From Nemertoderma westbladi (lineage: Eukaryota; Animalia; Xenacoelomorpha): 39,669 nucleotides of DNA. The DNA lies in NCBI GenBank assembly GCA_032718475.1, contig JAUCBJ010003792.1, forward strand, positions 1 to 39,669, given 5' to 3'. The notes beneath the pieces were generated by a model that saw nothing but the letters and a program-made list of their open reading frames with translations, had not been told where the DNA came from and searched no databases. Position numbers and translations under genes: made by a program. This document shows, one piece after another, positions 36,470-39,669 of this stretch. Each line of letters opens with the position of its first letter. The first letter of the stretch is position 1.

Positions 36470-38537
36470 TTCCACAGTACCCCTTCCACTCTGTTTCATA
36501 AAGGAATGTCTGTTCACCACCATGGGAGATCTTCCACAGTAAACCCTTCCACTTTGTTCCCTAAAGGAATGTCTGTTCACCACCATGGGTGAGCTTCCAC
36601 AGTAAACCCTTCCACTGTTTCGTAAAGGAATGCTTGTTCACCACCATGGGTGATCTTCCACAGTAAACCATTCCACTTTTTTCCTAAAGGAATGTCTGTT
36701 CACCACCATGGGTGATCTTCCACAGTAAACCCTCCTACTTTGTTTCCTAAAGGAATGTCTGGTCACCACCATGGGTGATCTTCCACAGTAAACCCTTCCA
36801 CTCTGATGCCTGTTCATCACCATAGGTGATCTTCCACAGTAAACCCTTCTACTCTGATGCCTGTTCATGACCATGGGTGATCTTCCACAGTAAACCCTTC
36901 CACTCTGTTTCCTAAAGGAATGCCTGTTCACCACCATGGGTGATCTTCCACAGTAGACCCTTCCACTTTGTTTCCTAAAGGAATGCCTGTTCACCACCAT
37001 GGGTGATCTTCCACAGTAAACCCTTCCACTTTGTTTCCTAAAGGGGTGCCTGTTCATCACCATGGGTGATCTTCCACAGTAAATCCTTCTACTCTGATGC
37101 CTGTTCATGACCATGGGTGATCTTCCACAGTAAACCCTTCCACTCTGTTTCCTAAAGGAATGCCTGTTCACCACCATGGGTGATCTTCCACAGTAAACCC
37201 TTCCACTTTGTTTCCTAAAGGGGTGCCTGTTCATCACCATGGGTGATCTTCCACAGTAAATCCTTCTACTCTGTTTCCTAAAGGGATGCCTATTCATGAC
37301 CATGGTTGATCTTCCAAGTAAACCCTTCCACTCTGTTTCCTAAAGGAATGCCTGTTCACAACAATGGGTGATCTTCCACAGTAAACCTTCCACTCTGTTT
37401 CCTAAAGGAATGCCTGTTCACCACCATAGGTGATCTTCCACAGTAAACCTTCCACTCTGTTTCCTAAAGGAATTCCTGTTCACCACCAAAGGTGAGCTTC
37501 CACAGTAAACCCTTACACTCTGTTTCCTAAAGGAATGCATGTTCACCACTATGGGTGATCTTCCACAGTAAGCCCTTCCAATCTGTTTCCTAAAGGAATG
37601 CATGTTCACCACTATGGGTGATCTTCCACAGTAAGCCCTTCCAATCTGTTTCCTAAAGGAATGCCTGTTCACCACCATGGATGATCATCCACAATAAACC
37701 CTTCCACTCTGTTTCCTAAAGGAATACCTGTTCACCACCATAGGTGATCTTCCACAGTAAACCCTTCCACTCTGTTTCCTAAAGGAATGCCTGTTCACCA
37801 CCATAGGTGATCTTCCACAGTAAACCTTCCACTCTGTTCCTAAAGGAATGCCTGTTCACCACCATAGGTGATCTTCCACAGTAAACCCTTCCACTCTGTT
37901 TCCTAAAGGAATGCCTGTTGTCCACCATGGGTGATCTTCCACAGTAAGACCCTTCCGCTCTGTTTCCTAAAGGAATGCCTGTTCACCACCATGGGTGATC
38001 TTCCACAGTTAAACCCTTCCACTCTGTTTCCTAAAGGAATGCCTGTTCACCACCATAGGGGATCTTCCACAGTAAACCCTTCCACTCTGTTTCCTAAAGG
38101 AATGCCTGTTGTCCACCATGGGTGATCTTCCACAGTAGACCCTTCCGCTCTGTTTCCTAAAGGAATGCCTGTTCACCACCATGGGTGATCTTCCACAGTT
38201 AAACCCTTCCACTCTGTTTCCTAAAGGAATGCCTGTTCACCACCATAGGTGATCTTCCACAGTAAACCCTTCCACTCTGTTTCCTAAAGGAATGCCTGTT
38301 GGTCACCACTATGGGTGATCTTCCACAGTAAGCCCTTCCACTCTGTTTCCTAAAGGAATGCCTGTTCACCACCTTGGGTGATCTTCCACAGTAAACCCTT
38401 CCACTCTGTTTCCTAAAGGAATGCCTGTTTACCACCTTGGGTGATCTTCCACAGTAAACCCTTCCACTCTGTTTCCTAAAGGAATACCTGTTCTCCACCA
38501 TAGGGTGATCTTCCACAGTAAACCCTTCCACTCTGTT
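36470..38537. repeat. Minisatellite, 63-bp unit (51-bp deletion variant), ~33 copies
   Basis: TCTTCCACAGTAAACCCTTCCACTCTGTTTCCTAAAGGAATGCCTGTTCACCACCATGGGTGA repeated. Confidence 0.97.
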
Positions 38538-38720
38538 ACCCAAGTATCTTTATTTCCCATTTATCGACTATTCAATGATGGAAGCTGTGTCGAATTTTCC
38601 CAAGGCGATTACCGAGGTAAGCCCGACCAGTAGATGTCCAGCCCAAACAGTACTGCCTCATCTATGGTTCGAACCAGGGCCCCCTGATTGGAAGCCCAGG
38701 AATGCATTAGCAGCTTGCTC
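38538..38720 (-). mobile_element. Decayed tRNA-derived SINE head and body leading into the 63-bp array
   Basis: B box GGTTCGAACC (38666-38675) in the tRNA-like context GGCTTCCAATCAGGGGGCCCTGGTTCGAACC, followed on the minus strand by CCTTGGGAAAA...GTCGATAAATGGG, resembling SINE central domains. A box is degraded. Confidence 0.55.
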
Positions 38721-39110
38721 AGAGGTGAAATGAACATTTAGTAAAATAATAAAATGTAAATCACTTTGCTTATTGTTGATAACCACCCTCCTTCCCTATA
38801 CTAACAAGTAGCAAGTCTTGAGAAATCTGGGAATTTTTCAAAGCCATAGGCCTACACTCTCAAAAATTATCCCATCCAGTTACCTAAGACGGTTTAGAAT
38901 ATTAATTATATACAAAAGGGTGTAACCGTAACGCAGAAATGAGATTATACAACTTTTATAATAAAACTATGTGCATCGGTAATTGATGGTTTCTTTATCT
39001 CTATCGCAATAAATAATACAATATTCGAGTGAAAAAAGGGCGTGACTTCCATTTTTCTCTTTTTCTGAGTTTTCTTTGTCACTGAGCAGTATGTAGAACC
39101 AGACTTTATT

Positions 39111-39330
39111 GGGTAGGTGGAAAACGCGGACCCGGATTCCAAAATTATCAATTAAGGGAAAGGAGCAGGTTACAGTGGCACGTTATTTTAACCAAAACAA
39201 TAAACTAGTAAGTCTAATAGAACAGGTTACAGTTGTATTTTTGGGAGTTATAAAAATGTAAAAAAAATCGACTTCCGTAGGGACAATGTTAAATGTAGAA
39301 TCCGGATCCGCGCTTTACTCTGACTCGAAC
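39111..39330 (+). mobile_element. MITE (shared-core, copy 4) with 9-bp flanking direct repeat
   Basis: Inverted ends AAACGCGGACCCGGATTC / GAATCCGGATCCGCGCTTT. GACTTTATT at 39102-39110 and 39331-39339. Core at ~39142-39248. Confidence 0.75.
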
Positions 39331-39669
39331 GACTTTATTCACTATTACGTGCGTAATTATTAATGTACATCATGCTGATGAGACTATGGTGATGACATAA
39401 TTTACGATTACAGTACTCTTATAACCAAATAATATCCAAAGAGCTGATTGTATTACCAATTGCCATGACGAATTCCTTTGTTATGATTTTCATTTTGATA
39501 TTCTAAACCAGGAAAGCTTTGAAATCAACCGCGAAAGAATTATTGGAAAATCGTTCGACACCCTTTTAAGTTTTAGATGTTAACATGTTGTACATAGATA
39601 ATTAGATAACTTCATAACTTTCATACAAGTTGATTAATTTTTTATTTTAGCAGTTTATTTTAGGCATAA

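Noticed and set aside
997-38537. Tandem arrays as possible CRISPR arrays
   Set aside because: No unique spacers, no cas genes, and a eukaryotic intron-exon context.
36395-38543. ORFs with 21-aa repeats (MVVNRHSFRKQSGRVYCGRSP)
   Set aside because: By-products of the 63-bp array, with frequent 1-bp indels and no unique coding flanks.

Overview
Eukaryotic (metazoan, probably invertebrate) AT-rich genomic DNA, not prokaryotic. About half of the window is tandem repeat: 44-bp, 32-bp, ~20-bp (~9.7 kb), 15/19-bp (~5.5 kb) and 63-bp arrays. Four consecutive, phase-compatible GT-AG exons on the + strand (13523-13687, 15822-16024, 17951-18106, 18262-18376) encode part of an MPDZ/PATJ-family multi-PDZ protein with one complete PDZ domain. 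An intronless 346-aa multi-pass membrane-protein ORF lies on the - strand (34638-35678). The rest holds decayed RTE-like non-LTR retrotransposon reverse-transcriptase fragments, several MITEs, two tRNA-derived SINE-like heads and three minimal type-I hammerhead ribozyme motifs. The most unusual observation is at 1736-1843: a tRNA-shaped Pol III-like unit (TATA, acceptor, D and T arms, T5 terminator) whose anticodon/variable arms are replaced by a complete hammerhead ribozyme. Also notable are a satellite built from a real splice donor and a ~110-bp core shared by four MITEs with three different sets of ends. All calls come from reading the sequence by eye; no searches or folding programs were run.
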